Numbered from the stretch's first letter, positions 46,276 to 61,344 are shown. The stretch is 64,000 nucleotides of DNA from Chrysomallon squamiferum (GCA_012295275.1 CM022678.1:19344001-19408000); one strand, 5' to 3'. Notes: generated by a model not told the origin, from the sequence alone. Made by a program: numbers and translations.

Positions 46276-46380
46276 GAAAGTAAGAAAAAAATGAGGAACG
46301 CCTTGTGATCAGATTGAACTCGATTTCCAAATAAACATATATATATATATATATATATATGTCTGTATGTATGTATGTAA

Positions 46381-46420
<40 letters not shown>

Positions 46421-46442
46421 GAGTTTGTATATATATATATAT

Positions 46443-46537
<95 letters not shown>

Positions 46538-46813
46538 TAGGTGTATATATCTATACACACAAAATATAATATATTGAATTCAGGTAGTCAGTATTTTATT
46601 GTAATAGCAGTTTGATAATAAAGTGGACTATGTCCTGGCGTGCACACAGATAAAACGAGGAGGTGTGGTCAGAAATGTGTTTAGATTGTTGTCAGGCGAC
46701 AGTGTCATAACGTTACCGTATCAGGTGACATCCCTTGTAGAAGAGATTTCACATTGATTACCTAGTTTCAATGTACCAGTTCTTGGAATTTCAATAACGA
46801 AAGCAGTCGGCTG

Positions 46814-46850
<37 letters not shown>

Positions 46851-47073
46851 ACACACACACAACTGGAAATTATTAAGGCGTGGTTTCTCTATGATTAATC
46901 ATTTTTACTAAATAACTAAATTTCGTACACAATAATATTTACATTAAAGTATATCTGCTTAGCAAATTACATTTTGAAATATAACAGTTATAAGGAATTA
47001 TATTAATCAAACACATAAGAAGCAAATAACACAAGACGTGAAATAAAGCTTAGCAAAGTAAAGATAAAACTTA

Positions 47074-47129
<56 letters not shown>

Positions 47130-47517
47130 AAGAAATAAATAATAATAATCAATAGAAATAAAATTAGGAAGGCCTAGAGATCAGACTCATCTCGATTTCC
47201 ACATAAATATATAATTTTTTTCAAATACTTAATAATTAAATTTTAATATTAAGAACTTCACATATTCTATCACAAGAACTCAGTATTTTATTGTATTAGT
47301 AATTCAATAATAAAATGAACTATGTCCGGGCACGATACAGTATAAAGTACAGAGATATGACAAGGATGTGTGGCCTTGAATGTGTTTAGATTGTTGTCAT
47401 GCCACAAGTTCGTAATATTACCTTATTAGGTGACATCCCTTATGTAGCTTTCACATCGACTATCTTGTTTTATTGTACCGATTCTTGGAATTTCAATAAG
47501 GAAAGTAGACACCTGAT

Positions 47518-47571
<54 letters not shown>

Positions 47572-48320
47572 AAAAGGTGAAGCTATCATAGTTTTTGACT
47601 GTTCGTTTGAGAGTAAGGAACATCCAGCGATAACGTGTATGTTTGATTTAACATTTGTTATTACTGTATATTTAAGTAATATTTCATTCATTACTTCTGC
47701 ATTAAAATATAAAATTAATTCATGAATTATGTAGTGATATATCTAAGCTAACCACACACAGACGAGAAGCAGATAACACAACACATTAAACCAAATTTCA
47801 TCTTAGTTCAGAAATAACAGGAGCACGTAAATCGATGCGAATGTTTACTGAAACCAGTAGGATTTTGATGCCCTAATTGAAATTAAGATTTACAGAAGCC
47901 TGAGAGAAAAATATTTTTATTATTAATATTATTATTTTATTATTTTATTCTTATACATTTAAAATGTAGACGCAGGTGATTTCGTTGATTATTCTCTGAA
48001 GCAAACAAGAAACAGCTGTGCTCGTTTAAAAAGAAAAAGAAAAAATCCTACTAACAACTGTTTAATAAATATTTCTCATACCTTACGGGTCTCTTTACTC
48101 GCTATAGTTATCGAATACACCCGTTTCTCGCTCTATGCTCTTATACATGGGCTGATAAGGGCGATATGTTTACCTCATGCAGGCTGATAAAGAAGAACTG
48201 CTGGAAGTGCTAGATAATTTAGTTTCAAACTAGAAATACTTTATTTATTTACTTACTTATTTACGTATGTATCTTAAATTTAAAAAAAAAAAATGTTTTT
48301 TTTCTCATTGATTATTGTTA

Positions 48321-48363
<43 letters not shown>

Positions 48364-48501
48364 CTTATTTATTTATTTATTTACTTATTTATTTATTTAC
48401 TGACTTATTTTATTTTTATTTATTCCTGGGTTTTTGAAAACAATTATATTACGTTCCAGAGAAAAGTACAGTGGAGCCAAAGCACAATATTAGTAAAATA
48501 T

Positions 48502-48617
<116 letters not shown>

Positions 48618-48761
48618 AACAAAACATTTTCTGATTAATTATCATTAATTTAAAAAAAGAAGAACCAAAAGCAATAAATTACACTTCATCATTTTAGGAA
48701 CACACACTTTTCGATCCCTATTTCTTCACCATCTTCGAATTGCTTTCATTTTATTTTTCAG

Positions 48762-50887
48762 CTACAGATGAGGACATTTCCTGCGAACATAGACTGGAAT
48801 CGTTTCCTCACTCCTTTCATCTTACAGATCTCATGTACTGCTCAAAACAGCATAGAGAAAAAGTACTTGAAAAGTTACAACGAGAACAAGAAGAAGAGAA
48901 ACGCAGTTTGATGGAAAGAAATCGAGACGACAATTTTATTTCGTTCTTACTGGTTTTGCTAGGAGATCGAGACAAGGCAATCGAGATAAACCTAAAAGTC
49001 TGTCGTCGTGACCATACTAACATTGTAGCTCATGCAAACCGTGTGCGTTTTCTGCAGAAAGTAGACGACCGTTCTGCTGAATCAGAATTAATCGAACTGG
49101 AAAACATGGAGGGAGACCTTGACAGAATGCGTGCTGTAGCTGAAGCTGAACTTGCTTATTGCTACGCTAGGATCTCGACAGCTTCTTATCCAAAGGCTCT
49201 GGAGTTGTATAGAAAAGTAAATCAGAACTATCCGGAAGAATACGAATGGAAATTTGGTGAGGGTCTAACACTTAGGCGATCTCTGTCCGCTCAAACCTAT
49301 TCAATTCAGTGAGGTGTGGATGTCGTTGAATACGCTGTTAGATGCTGTAAACTGCTACAAGAAGTCGGCAGTAAGGCACTAGAACCATTGAATGCCATGG
49401 CGTATGCCGAGCTTGGGCAATTGGCCAAGCGGCTTGAATTTAGATGGACACCATTTGAAGACAGAAGGTTCGTAGAGGCGGTGCAAGAACAAATTGAGCT
49501 GCTTTCGTGTCAGGAATATTTCCAGAAAGTTCTTGATTTAGGCAAACGCGTCCCCTTTGTGCTTGCTAGGTGCGGTAAGCATTTCCTATGCTCAAAGCAA
49601 CTGGATAAAGCTAAGAAACTGTTAGAAGAGTCAGTCAGGCTTCTGCCTACAGGCAATGCTCTTCATCAGTTGGGAAAAGTTCTTCTGAGAAAATCGAAAC
49701 ATGACAGGAACAGGACAACATTTCAGCGTCCGATAGAAACTTTAAAACAGAGCGTTGAAATCACACACGGCGAAAATTTTGATGCGGCACATGACTTGGC
49801 TTCCGCTTACATCACTAATAAATCCTTTGAAGATGCTGAATCCGTCTTAAGGGATGTAATAGAAGGAGCGGAAAATGATACCAATGCGTTCTATAAAGTT
49901 TCTGCTTGAAAGAAATTGTCTAATATCTGTTTTGAAAAAAGTAAAAATCGGACACTTTCTCCAGGTGAACAGGCTCGGCTCAGGAAAGAAGAAGTAAACT
50001 ACAAAATTCTTGCTATAGAAGCTTCTGCTTCAGAAGTGCTGCACAAATATCGCTCTCATTTCAGAACGGTAACTGATTTGCTGAATGAAAGGAATGGTCC
50101 GCCTGGAAAAGAAATACCGTGGCAATTTAAAGATGTTTACTGCATGCTAAATGAATTCGCACCTTCTCTTCCGATTTATAGGAAAATTCAAACCCGATAT
50201 CAGGGACCAGAAGACTGGATTGGAATTACACAGGAATATCTTGACCGACAAGAATTCGAAAACACCAGACTCTATGTCAATCTGCTGATGGGTACGCTAC
50301 AAGCTGATGACATTCCTTCTTCTCTTGTCAGTAGAGTTTATCTGAAAACAGCACAGCAGATCTTATCAAGAGGCCAGTCTCCGAGTAAAGCTTGGTTTTG
50401 TTTCAGAAGGATTTTTACGTTCTATTACAAAACAAACAAAGAAGATGAAACAAACGGTGCTGATATCATGATCCTCAATGACAAAGACGACTGGCAAACA
50501 TCTCAGATTACAATGAAGATTCAGAAAGTTCTGGAAGACTATACAGGTCTTGAAGTCACGAGGAATGATGAACTTGCCTTTGTAGGAATGAATGAAATCT
50601 CTTTCTACAAACGACTGATGCCTCTTGTTCGATGCGTTGTTGTAGTTGTTAGTTCCGAGACTCCAAACACACACTGGAAAAAGGTAATTGATTTGGCAAT
50701 AGCAACTGCTACGAAGAAGGAGAAGATGATGATTGTATGCTTGAAATCACGAGAGACTCACCAAGTCACTGAACTGAACAATTTCAGAACAGGAAAAACT
50801 CCACCAGACGATGCAGACGACAAAACTGCAGTGGACTGGCTGCTGGAAACTTTTCCACTTCTTGTCAATGCTGACGTCAATTTGTAA
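48762..50887 (+). pseudogene. TPR-TIR-like gene, copy 7; full main exon with two in-frame TGA stops, ATG exon deleted
   Basis: Acceptor ttttcag|CT at 48761. ORFs 48740-49312, 49316-49909 and 49916-50887 are all in one frame. Upstream, tattttgtg runs straight into (GA)n at ~48507, where copy 3 has the ATG exon. Confidence 0.9.
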
Positions 50888-51356
50888 ATTTGATAATTTA
50901 CAAATGCTAAGTAGAAATTCTAATGAACTGCATGAATTGTAAACAAGAATAATAATAATCATGTTAATGATGATGATGATGATGATGATAATAATAATAA
51001 TAATTATTATTATTATTTGAAGGTAAACAACAACAACAACAGGAACAACACAAATTATACAAATAATTACAATTATATTAAGATCCTTTCTTAAGAAACT
51101 GCTAGAAGTGGAAATGGTTTCCATTACTGAAATTTTCAATTTTATGAATATTAGTAAATAGTCAGAAAATAAGGTTTATTTTTGAGGAACAAAATAATAC
51201 ATATGTAGAGGTTAGAAAAGAAAAATATAGAGGATGTATTGACGGTCTGCAGTTATTTTAATGTTTTTGAATAAATTTGTGCTTGAAATGAAATTTGTGT
51301 AATCTAAAGATTCAGAAGGATGATAATAGTTGGATGATAATAGTATCACAACTTCT

Positions 51357-51437
<81 letters not shown>

Positions 51438-51725
51438 CGTGTCTATATCTAAATATAAACTAATTATATTTGAATAAAATGCTGCTTTAGAGTATCCTTG
51501 TCTGTTTTTATTGTTTTGGTGTAATTGTGCCTCCAGGTCAGTGAATTGTGTTAATGATAAAATCTTTGTATGTGAATATTTTTTGGTGATTTTGTTATTT
51601 AGAGTTGGAAGTGTAAGCTGTTTTAATTAATTCTATTTTTAAGTAAAGAGCTTTGTGTGAAGTTACTGTTATCAGGTGAATGTCTACACCGACCTTTTGA
51701 CCTTTTCATCTTAGTGTTCATTGTA

Positions 51726-51785
<60 letters not shown>

Positions 51786-52358
51786 TAATTTTAATGATTA
51801 AACGAAAAAGAAATAGAACAACAGTAAAGGTGACATGAGGTATGAGAATAACAATAACAAGAACCGTAAAATGTGGCACTTTTGCTACTGCTACTATAAC
51901 TACTATTACATCATTGACAATAACAACAACAAGAACAGTAATGAGATAATGAATATAATTTAAATTAGAAAATTTAATTTTCTCGTATTTAGATGCGTTT
52001 CTAATTTAAAATATAGAAAAAATATGTAGGACTAAAACACTACTACTACTACTACTACTACTATTACTACTATGACTACTGCTGCTATTAACAGTACTAC
52101 AACTATTGCTGATAATAAAAATTAGCAATGTCGTGATCAGTCCACTTACAAATCCTGATGATCTGAAAAAATAAAAATAAATAAATAAATAAATAAAATG
52201 ATATAATTGAACAAATCTAAGTATCAATAGTACTAATGCGATGAATCAACAATAAATAAATATTAGAAAGATAGATAGATCGCGATCGTCAGATATATAG
52301 AGAGATACAGACAAGTTGGTTTGATTGTTTTTTGTAATCGTTAAAGAAAACCACATGA

Positions 52359-52484
<126 letters not shown>

Positions 52485-52981
52485 TCTGTGTGTGTGCAAA
52501 AATACGTATTGAAAAACATATACACCATAGAGAAACAAAACAACAGAAGTGTAATTCTTATTTCTTCAATACACATACACATTTTTTCCACTTTTGTTAC
52601 AAAATAAAAAACAAGATATAATTAACTTAAAATAAAGATGAAAGAGAAGAATAAAGAAACGAAGAAAGAATGAAAGACAGAAAAATGAGGAACAGTCTGA
52701 TACCGATAATTTGAAAATATATTAGACTTTCGTATTCATTCATTGACTCATTGTTTCATTTATCTATTATTTAATGTATTCGTTAATTAAACCAATCGTT
52801 TATTCTTTAATTAGTTCGTTTCTTCATTCAATTATTCATTCTTTCGTTCACTGGTTATATCATTCCGCAGAGGCAGTCTATGACATTAGTACTACTTTAC
52901 TCACCAGACACAGTCAGCCTCACTTTCAGATTGTTCGTTTTATCTGCGCTGCCTTGGCAGTCTAAAAATAAGAAAGCAGTC

Positions 52982-53029
<48 letters not shown>

Positions 53030-53397
53030 GCAATAATAATAATCGTAATAAGAGACAGAAACAACCAAATTAGTAGCAGTAGTAGGCGCAACAGCACATG
53101 CAGTAATAGTTCTCGCAGTAGTAGCTGTAGATTGGTAATGGTACTAGTAATATTAGTAGTAGTAGTGATACTACTGGTTGAAGTGGTAGCAGTAGTAATA
53201 AGTTAGTTTTATTTTTATACTAATGATCAGCACAGTTCATCCTAATTAAGACATTTAAACATCATGAAAATTTAGATCATTCACATAGTAGAAGTAATAC
53301 AGCAGCAACAACAACAATTGTGAAAAACGTAATAATGAGAAAAATAACAGTAATAACAATAACAGAGTGACAATAACGAAAACGACAACGATAATAA

Positions 53398-53438
<41 letters not shown>

Positions 53439-54761
53439 ATAATAATAATAATCATCAATATCGTCATCACTGTCATCATCTTATTGTTTTTCATTTTCTT
53501 CTTTTTTTCCTTTTTTCTTATGGTTGTTGCTGCTGAAGCTGCCGATTTTTAAATGTTCACTTCTTTTATTTTTACATATAAAATAGTTATTTTATTAATA
53601 ATTATTATTGTTTTGCTATTAATAAATAAATTACTAAATCAATCTAGTGTACAATATCCAAACTGTGCGTAATGTTTCTAAAAGAACAGCGAAAACTTAC
53701 CAATTCGATTCTGTCTAACAAAAAGTATCCTGGAAAAATAAATGAATTAATACACCGCGTTGAAAAATAAATAAATAAATAAATAAATAAAATAAACAAA
53801 TAAATAAAAAGCACACAAAAGGAACCGATGATTATATGAATGTAGGCATTTTCATAGATAGGTATGCAAATATTTACGTAAACACAGTAATATTTATTTA
53901 TTTGAATATAATTACGTCTTTTTGTGTTTATGAATGTAAACTAAACGCTTTTGTTTTTTGATTTTTGATTGTTTTGGTCGGTATAATTACTTACACAGAA
54001 GTAACCTACTTATTAATTTCAGCTTTTCTTTGAAATATATCAAACAAACCCATTTGTTTCGTAAATTCCACTTTTGTTTGTTCACAACATCGAGAGTGGT
54101 GTCTATGATACGCGGTGACGTCATAATATTTTGAACATATGTTGAAAGATAATTTCCCTTGCTTAGTTGAAGCTCTATTTAGTGTTCCTTATAACTTTTC
54201 TTAAATATAAGTGATAGATGAGTGATAACTAAATAGAAACAATTTGTTTGATCTAAATAACTGCTACTGATATTTATATTTTTTAGTAGAAACTTGAATT
54301 CAGGTTCGAACGAAACAGCGAGTTGTAACAAGAGTTATTGCCCTTCTCCATTCCGACTATTTCAGGCTGTAAAGACACTGAAATATAAATATAAATATAA
54401 ACTGAACTAATAATTAAAAAGTTAAAATAATAAAAACACATTACTCTATCTAACATTACACTGAGGGAGATGTTTACTTTTGTTCAACCTTTAAGCTCTA
54501 TAATCTGTGTGAGATTTGTGAAAAATAATCAAACTAGTAACGATATAAACACATAAATAAAAAAAATAAAAAATAAAATAAAAACAAAAATTAATTAATT
54601 AATTAATTAATTAACGACAGATTGTCTAGGCCGCTGGTTAAGCACATTTGTTGTTTCTAACTTGATTGCATAAGTATTTTTTAATAGAATTTTAAATGTA
54701 TTATTATTATTATTCTTTACAAGTACACACATCAAGGACTCAGAAGCAAAAATATAAAACT

Positions 54762-54867
<106 letters not shown>

Positions 54868-55438
54868 TTTTCATGAGGAAAATGGGAAAAAAGATGGGAA
54901 AAGTATAAAACTGAAGGAAATATATAAATTTAAGAAGAATAATTACGATCTCTAAACACTTAGTGATAATTTTCATTTAATTATAATGGAATAATGATTT
55001 TAATGTATAATATTAAAAATATTGTGTTCATAATCTCACATACTAATATTAAAATTATTAGAATAATAAGATATAATAATATAAAAATGATATCATTCAC
55101 AAACATTTATATTTTACCGGACTTTGGCGACAACAGAAATACATACTCACCTATATCAGTCTGTAAAATCGAGGGTTTTCTTTAATGATGATGATTATGA
55201 TGATGATGATGATGATGATGATGATAATAAATGCATACATACATACATATACATAAAGTGAACAATTTTAATTTAGGGGAAAAGTTTATGCATGTGGCTA
55301 TTGAGTACGGCTGGACCTTTAATAAATATAATGGTAATCTTGAAGTTTATGTCGACCTTACCTGTAAATTAATTTTCTGTTATTCTGTAAAGGAAACATT
55401 TATTTATCGAAATTTTTTTAATATCGTCTTCGAGTGGG

Positions 55439-55457
55439 TACGCATGCGCATTCAGTT
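55439..55457 (+). promoter_or_regulatory. NRF1-like motif followed by Inr-like TCAGT upstream of the SMNDC1-like exon
   Basis: taCGCATGCGCAtTCAGTt lies ~140 nt before the first codon; GCGCATGCGC is the NRF1 consensus typical of housekeeping promoters. Confidence 0.45.
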
Positions 55458-55582
55458 CACTGGTACCCATTTATCACTGCTTGAAAGAAAAGTAAGACAC
55501 ATGTGGAAAAGGAACAAAATCAGACGATACCGGTTTTGAAACATTATGTTGAAATTTTACATTAGTTTATGCTGGAATCACA

Positions 55583-56136
55583 CTGGCAGACAACGAACAA
55601 GAAAATTTGAAGACCTATAAAATCCAGTTACAACAGGTAATCAAAAATACACGAACCTCCAGTACGTTCGAAATAATTTTGGTGAAAGAGACTTTGTTAT
55701 AGCGGTTGTCTCTGTTTCCGATATGGCTATAATATCGTATCATCAAAAGTAAATTGTATGAGACTCACACTATTCTCTATTTTGTGTTAATTTGTCATAT
55801 ACATCAATGGACAAGATATAATGACATTTTAATGATTATGAATAATTTAGTCCAACTAAATTAAAAAAGAATATTTTAAACTGAATATATCCACATGCAT
55901 TATGAAAATCAAAATGCTTTATTCGAAATTGCCTCCCCCCTCCTTTTTTTTCTCATATATATCTGTAGAGTTTGACAATGGAAAAATATTAGTGTATTAG
56001 TTACTTGAAAATATAAATTAATTTGAAATTAGATTTGCTAAAACCCATAAGGGTAACATTTTATTCCTTAACCGAATTGATGAAATGTAACACTTCTTGA
56101 TGAAAGAACCAGAATTAAAAGGAAAGTTTTCATTTT

Positions 56137-56173
<37 letters not shown>

Positions 56174-56374
56174 TATATGAATAATGAGATATCACACATT
56201 ATGTTATTTTTGTTAATTCTAATATACTGCTGTACATCTCATAAATGTTTTGTGTTAAATATTTTTTTTTTTCTTTTCTTAAACAATATTTACATGTTGT
56301 GATTTCAGGTTGAGGCCACACTTACCACTGATCCAGAAAATGAAGACCTTCTCAAACTGAAGCGAGACCTTCAG
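55583..56374 (+). pseudogene. SMNDC1: SMNDC1/SPF30-like 5' fragment; exons 55583-55636 and 56309-56374; starts at CTG
   Basis: Reads (L)ADNEQENLKTYKIQLQQ|VEATLTTDPENEDLLKLKRDLQ vs recalled human MSEDLAKQLASYKAQLQQVEAALSGNGENEDLLKLKKDLQ. Splice sites are canonical (CAG|GTAATC, tttcag|GTT, CAG|GTGGGT). No Tudor-domain exons were recognised downstream in the window. Confidence 0.8.
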
Positions 56375-57481
56375 GTGGGTTCTCTGCCCTTACCTGACAC
56401 AGGTTAAGAAAATCTCTTGATATCGAGGTTTTGTAAACTAATATTATCAAAACATTTGTTCTGGAAAACCCAGTTTAATGTTCACATTTTTACTGCCTAA
56501 ATATATCATATATTTAAACCGAAATATTAAAATACAACATTTTGTTGTCCTTAACTTGCAATATCAGCATTATTTTGAAGCAGAAATTAAATTTTTTAAT
56601 ATTTATTTCTGTAGCAATAGACTTCACTTTCACTAAGGAAATAGTGTGAAAAAATAAGATCAATATCAAGAAAACTGAAAAAGAAATACAAATACTTAAA
56701 ATATTTGATCGGTATAATTTTTATAAATAGAGGATTGAGAATTATTTATATTTTTTTAACCCTTGGTTTGACTGAAATTTTACTGAGCCTGTGTTGGGTA
56801 AATTTCTTTTCTGTTTTAAATATTATTACAATTGATTTTTTTAATTGTGATTTTTACCTCACTGGTTCTTAATGATGTTTATAAAACACCATGTTTATTT
56901 ATTTGTTTATGGTTTTGTTTTCATTTTCATTTTATTTTTATTTCATTCTTTATTTAATTTAAAGCATTGTCAGTGTAGAAGATGGGAAGTTTTAGCAAAT
57001 TAAGGTTGCTTTTTTATTTTTTATTATTTTTTTTTAACTTTCATATACTTCAGTATTTTGTGATTTATTTTTGCTCCCATTAAATTATTTTTTTCTTTAA
57101 TTTCAACCAATGGTAAAATAATTCAGTGAGATTTTATAATAAACCACAATGAAAAAATAATCAATATAGAACAAGAATTAACTGCCAAATAGCAGTTTCG
57201 TCTTTTAAAACTTATCACAATGAAATACTTTATCATTTCTCTTGCTTTTATTAGCTGGTTAACAGAATCACTGAAAGGAAGAAATCCCTATTGGAAATGA
57301 ATCTGAAGATAATGACACATTATATAGAAAAAACAAAATAGTACGTATACAGAAAGCAGGAAAGAATTGATTATATTTGTCTGTTTAACATTTTGTTGAG
57401 TTTTCTGCCTCAGTGAGAATGAATAGTGAATTATTTATATTGTGTTATTATTATTATTGTACATTTTTGTTATGTTTCCAG

Positions 57482-57563
57482 GAGCTCAGGTTGCTACAAG
57501 TTTGTTGCAGGAATGGACAAATGATGTCCAAGCCAAGACAGTCAACTGGCAGTCACCTCTGCA
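57482..57563 (+). pseudogene. ATP6V1H: Isolated exon resembling the N-terminus of V-ATPase subunit H
   Basis: tttccag|GA...CTGCA|GTATGT; reads AQVATSLLQEWTNDVQAKTVNWQSPLQ vs recalled human AAEVRANKVNWQSYLQ and fly ATSVLQQQAADIRTRTINWASYMQ. Confidence 0.65.
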
Positions 57564-57984
57564 GTATGTTACACATGTTTTATAATGGTGGACAGAAATA
57601 GTTCCTTACATTTAAGTTCTAATCTTGTTCTTATACTGTCAGCCCCTGTTTTATGATGACTGAGACATACAGCAGTTTTGAATTTAGACAAAAAAGAAGA
57701 AAAAGTATATTTAAAAATTAATAATAATAATAATTAAAAAAACCAAAAAAAAAAAAAAAAAAAAAAAAAAAACATTTTTCAAATATTAATTTTAGTTGTG
57801 AAAACAAATTATATTAATATTGTTTAATTAAATAATAGCTGTATGTATCATACACACTCCATTTACATTATATAACCGTTCAGTTTTGCACCAATTCAGT
57901 TTACGAAACTGCTATGTGAAGACAATAACAGCATTAAACAAGGGTTGCATATACATATGTATAGACTTAAAAAAAATAAAATAA

Positions 57985-58465
57985 TAATAATAAATATCCT
58001 CCTGTCAGAGATACATAATTATAATATACAAATATAAATGCCAGACAGGTAAAAGATCATGCATAAACTAGTTATATATCATAGAATAAGTGAACTTTGA
58101 TGTGTTAATCAGTATGAAGCATGGTGTGTTTATTAGATGTATAAAAGTGCTTTCACTTCACTGTACTGTTTAGAAATCTTCTTGATCCAAACATTTTGTC
58201 TTTAGAACAGCAGTCTGTTATTATCATCATTATTATCAATTTAATAAACATGATTAGTGATAAAGCAATATGAATATGATCCTTGTATATTACTGTTATG
58301 AGAGATACAATTCCTTTTCTTTAATAGATCATCTTTGAAATATTTTACAATGAAATAAGTATTATTGTCAAAATTGAGCTTTATTTTATTCCTTCACAGT
58401 GAATTTTACAAAAATCGGTCATAAGAAAAATGAAATTTAGTGGTTTTAAATGAACTATCACGTAT
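57985..58465. repeat. Duplicate of array spacer 12520-13205
   Basis: Shared strings caggtaaaagatcatgca, atagaataag...aacttt, gtgataaagc and ctttattttattccttca occur in the same order. Confidence 0.8.
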
Positions 58466-59426
58466 TTAATCTCCTCCATTCTGTCTTAACATTTTGATAT
58501 GCGTTCATTTAAGTTAGCATTAAAATATAAACTGGTTTCATGAATAGCCTGTTGATATGTAAAATAATAATTGCAAGGATTTTTGATAAAGAAATACACA
58601 AGCAGCAAACAACATGACAAATTATCACATAAAATCAAAATTCAGCTTAGCTCGGTAATGATCAAATCAAGTAAATCAATCGGAAAGCTTTTTGGAACCA
58701 GTAAAATTTAGATAGCCTAAGTTGAATTTTTCTGAGCATTATAATTCAACAACAACACACACAAAAAAAAAAAAGAAAAAAAAGAATTATAAATAAATAA
58801 TAATAAAATAAGTATATTAATAGTAATAATAATAAGAACTACAAATAAATAAATATTAAAGTCCCATGATATTTTTGATGTTGCTTTACAAACAAGCACA
58901 TTTTATTTAATATTTAAACCTACACACAATAATAAAATAAGAATGGTATTTCACTTGAATAATTATATATATATATAAATAATTGTTCAATGTAACAAAG
59001 GTAATTTTAATACATGTAATACTTCACTAAGAAAAAAATACAGTTTAGTTAATATTATATTAAATTAATGAATTTAAAAAATAAAATAAAATTGAATTGA
59101 TATATTTTTATAGAAGAAAAAACCCCAAAACTATGTTGTTGCATTTTAAATTGCTTAATTAAAAATTTCAAATTCTACACCAAAAGTATTCTTTTAATAA
59201 AATTATAAATGGTTTATATTTCTCAGTTTTCCTATTCAGATTTATTTTTTTACAGATTAATCACAGTTCGTGAAGAAAGACCTTCAAAAGCCAAACATGG
59301 CAAACGAATCAGAAATTAAACTGATTTCTGCAAATAACAAACTAACACAGACTGCTCCTGAGACTGGTATGTTTTCTAGAGTAAATTTAAACAAACACAG
59401 ACACAGCACTTTAAATATACATACAT

Positions 59427-60854
59427 GGGGCTTACTGCCATCTGGTAGAATTCCCAGTTCGTTGAAAGGATAAATGTGGTTCAGTGATCTTATTAACATA
59501 CATGTTTTTATCTCAGTCATTATAATGAACTGTTCCAGATTATTTGGAAACCGATTATTATTGTATAAATACAGTAACAACTCGCTTAACGATATCCCTC
59601 TTTAATGATCTTTTTTCTTTACAAATTATATAAATGAAAATGTAATAGTTAATTGCTTGAAATAAATGATACAAATGAATACAATGCATATTTTAAGTCT
59701 TTTTCATTTGTTTTTCGTTCATTCACGAGCTTCTCTCAGCTGTTTTGATCAGCTGACACGTCATACGTGCATCTGATATTCTGATTCTATTTTCTCTTCT
59801 CTTCGATTTAGACTTAAACTCGTTTGTAATTGACCCTTCCAATATGTCAAAACAAACAACAGTATACTGGCAAATGCTGATGATAAAAGAAACGGAAGAC
59901 AATAACTTTAGAAACAAAATACATTATCTTAAATAAAACCAAAACCCAGAAAAATGAACCCACAATGAGCGGCATATAATTATTTCTTAATGTATTTGTA
60001 TAAATTGATTTGTAAATGATTTACTGTTTACTTAATATCTGTAATCTATTAAATCATTTATGTCTAAACTGCCATTTTATTTCTCCGTATTTCACCTCTC
60101 TTTTATGTCAGACTTCATCAGTGAGAAAGTAACCAATGCTTTTAACCTTAATTCTATATAAATTAGTCTCCCGCTTAACGATACCTCACTTAACTATCGG
60201 AAATTTGGAACCAATTACATTTTTAATCTGAGGTATTATTGTAGTATGGATATCGCTTATCGCATAAAGTATACAAATATGACAAATATCGAAATAATCT
60301 ATGTATCAAATGTAGTGAATGTAAATAATTGAAAAAGAAGGTATTCATCTAAAAGTATTCCCAGTGATTTGGTCCTTCGTATAAACTTTTTCAGTCATAG
60401 CCAAAGTATTTGCAGGTCATAATATCTTTAGTGTACATAACTATTAATAATCTATGTCACGTATATTGTATAATATGTGCACAATGTGAATATGTATGTG
60501 TGCATAACATAAATATGCTCAGTAACATGTATATTGAATATGTTTAAGCTGAATATGGTTTAATTCGAAAGTTAATGATAAATGTAACATTCACATGTTC
60601 TATTTACTGAAAATAAGTGTACAAATGTTGTTGTTTTTTTAATTATATTGTTGAATAAAATTAGTTATTCATAATAATATTTTTGTCGTTTTCTTTTACA
60701 GAAGCAAACAATGACAATTAACAAAAAACACATCGTGCCACTTTTTACTTTTATTTTATTTTTAATAGATAGATGAAATTGATATAAAATTGTTTTTTAT
60801 TGGTCGGTTGTTTTGTAATGGAAAGGAAATGTTTTTGAATTAGAAATGACCAGC

Positions 60855-60913
<59 letters not shown>

Positions 60914-61280
60914 GAATAAGAAGATTACAAATAATAATAGTAATAATAACAATAATAATAACAACAACAATAATAATAATATTATAATACTAATAATGTT
61001 GATGATGATGGTAATGAGGAGGAGGAAGATGATGATGATAATAATGAAAAAGTAAAAAATTTACAACAAATGAGTAGTGAACGCTTTTTCTGCTTTCGGT
61101 TGATGTTACATAATCAATTTAGGAACAATGCGCTCCGCCTCTGAATGTTAGAAAGAAACCAGAAATATGTACAGGCCAAGTTCATTATATACAGAGGTAA
61201 ACATGTATTGCGGTAGAAGAGCTTTTTCTAAGAAATGGGAATTACACGAACTGGGAATTCTACCAGATGGAAAGACACCC
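59427..61280. mobile_element. Non-autonomous DNA transposon, ~1.85 kb, GGG...CCC ends, ATACAT flanking direct repeat
   Basis: Exact 25-bp inverted repeat ccatctggtagaattcccagttcgt (59438-59462 / 61246-61270); ATACAT at 59421-59426 and 61281-61286. Removing the element restores colinearity with the duplicate at 62575-63260. Confidence 0.8.
59572..60241. mobile_element. Nested pogo/Tigger-like MITE
   Basis: TA|CAGTAACAACTCGCTTAA ... TTAATCTGAGGTATTATTG|TA forms degenerate TIRs with TA flanks; the sub-terminal motif cgcttaacgata recurs at ~59583 and ~60173. Confidence 0.5.
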
Positions 61281-61288
61281 ATACATCT

Positions 61289-61344
<56 letters not shown>

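Noticed and set aside
49310-49909. Two in-frame TGA codons in copy 7 as selenocysteine or read-through
   Set aside because: They align with Ser and Leu, not Cys, in the paralogues; no SECIS was recognised and the ATG exon is deleted, so ordinary nonsense mutations are simpler.
57255-57340. Possible extra exon LVNRITERKKSLLEMNLKIMTHYIEKTK
   Set aside because: It has no recognisable similarity to SMNDC1 exon 3, and joining it to the next exon creates TAG.
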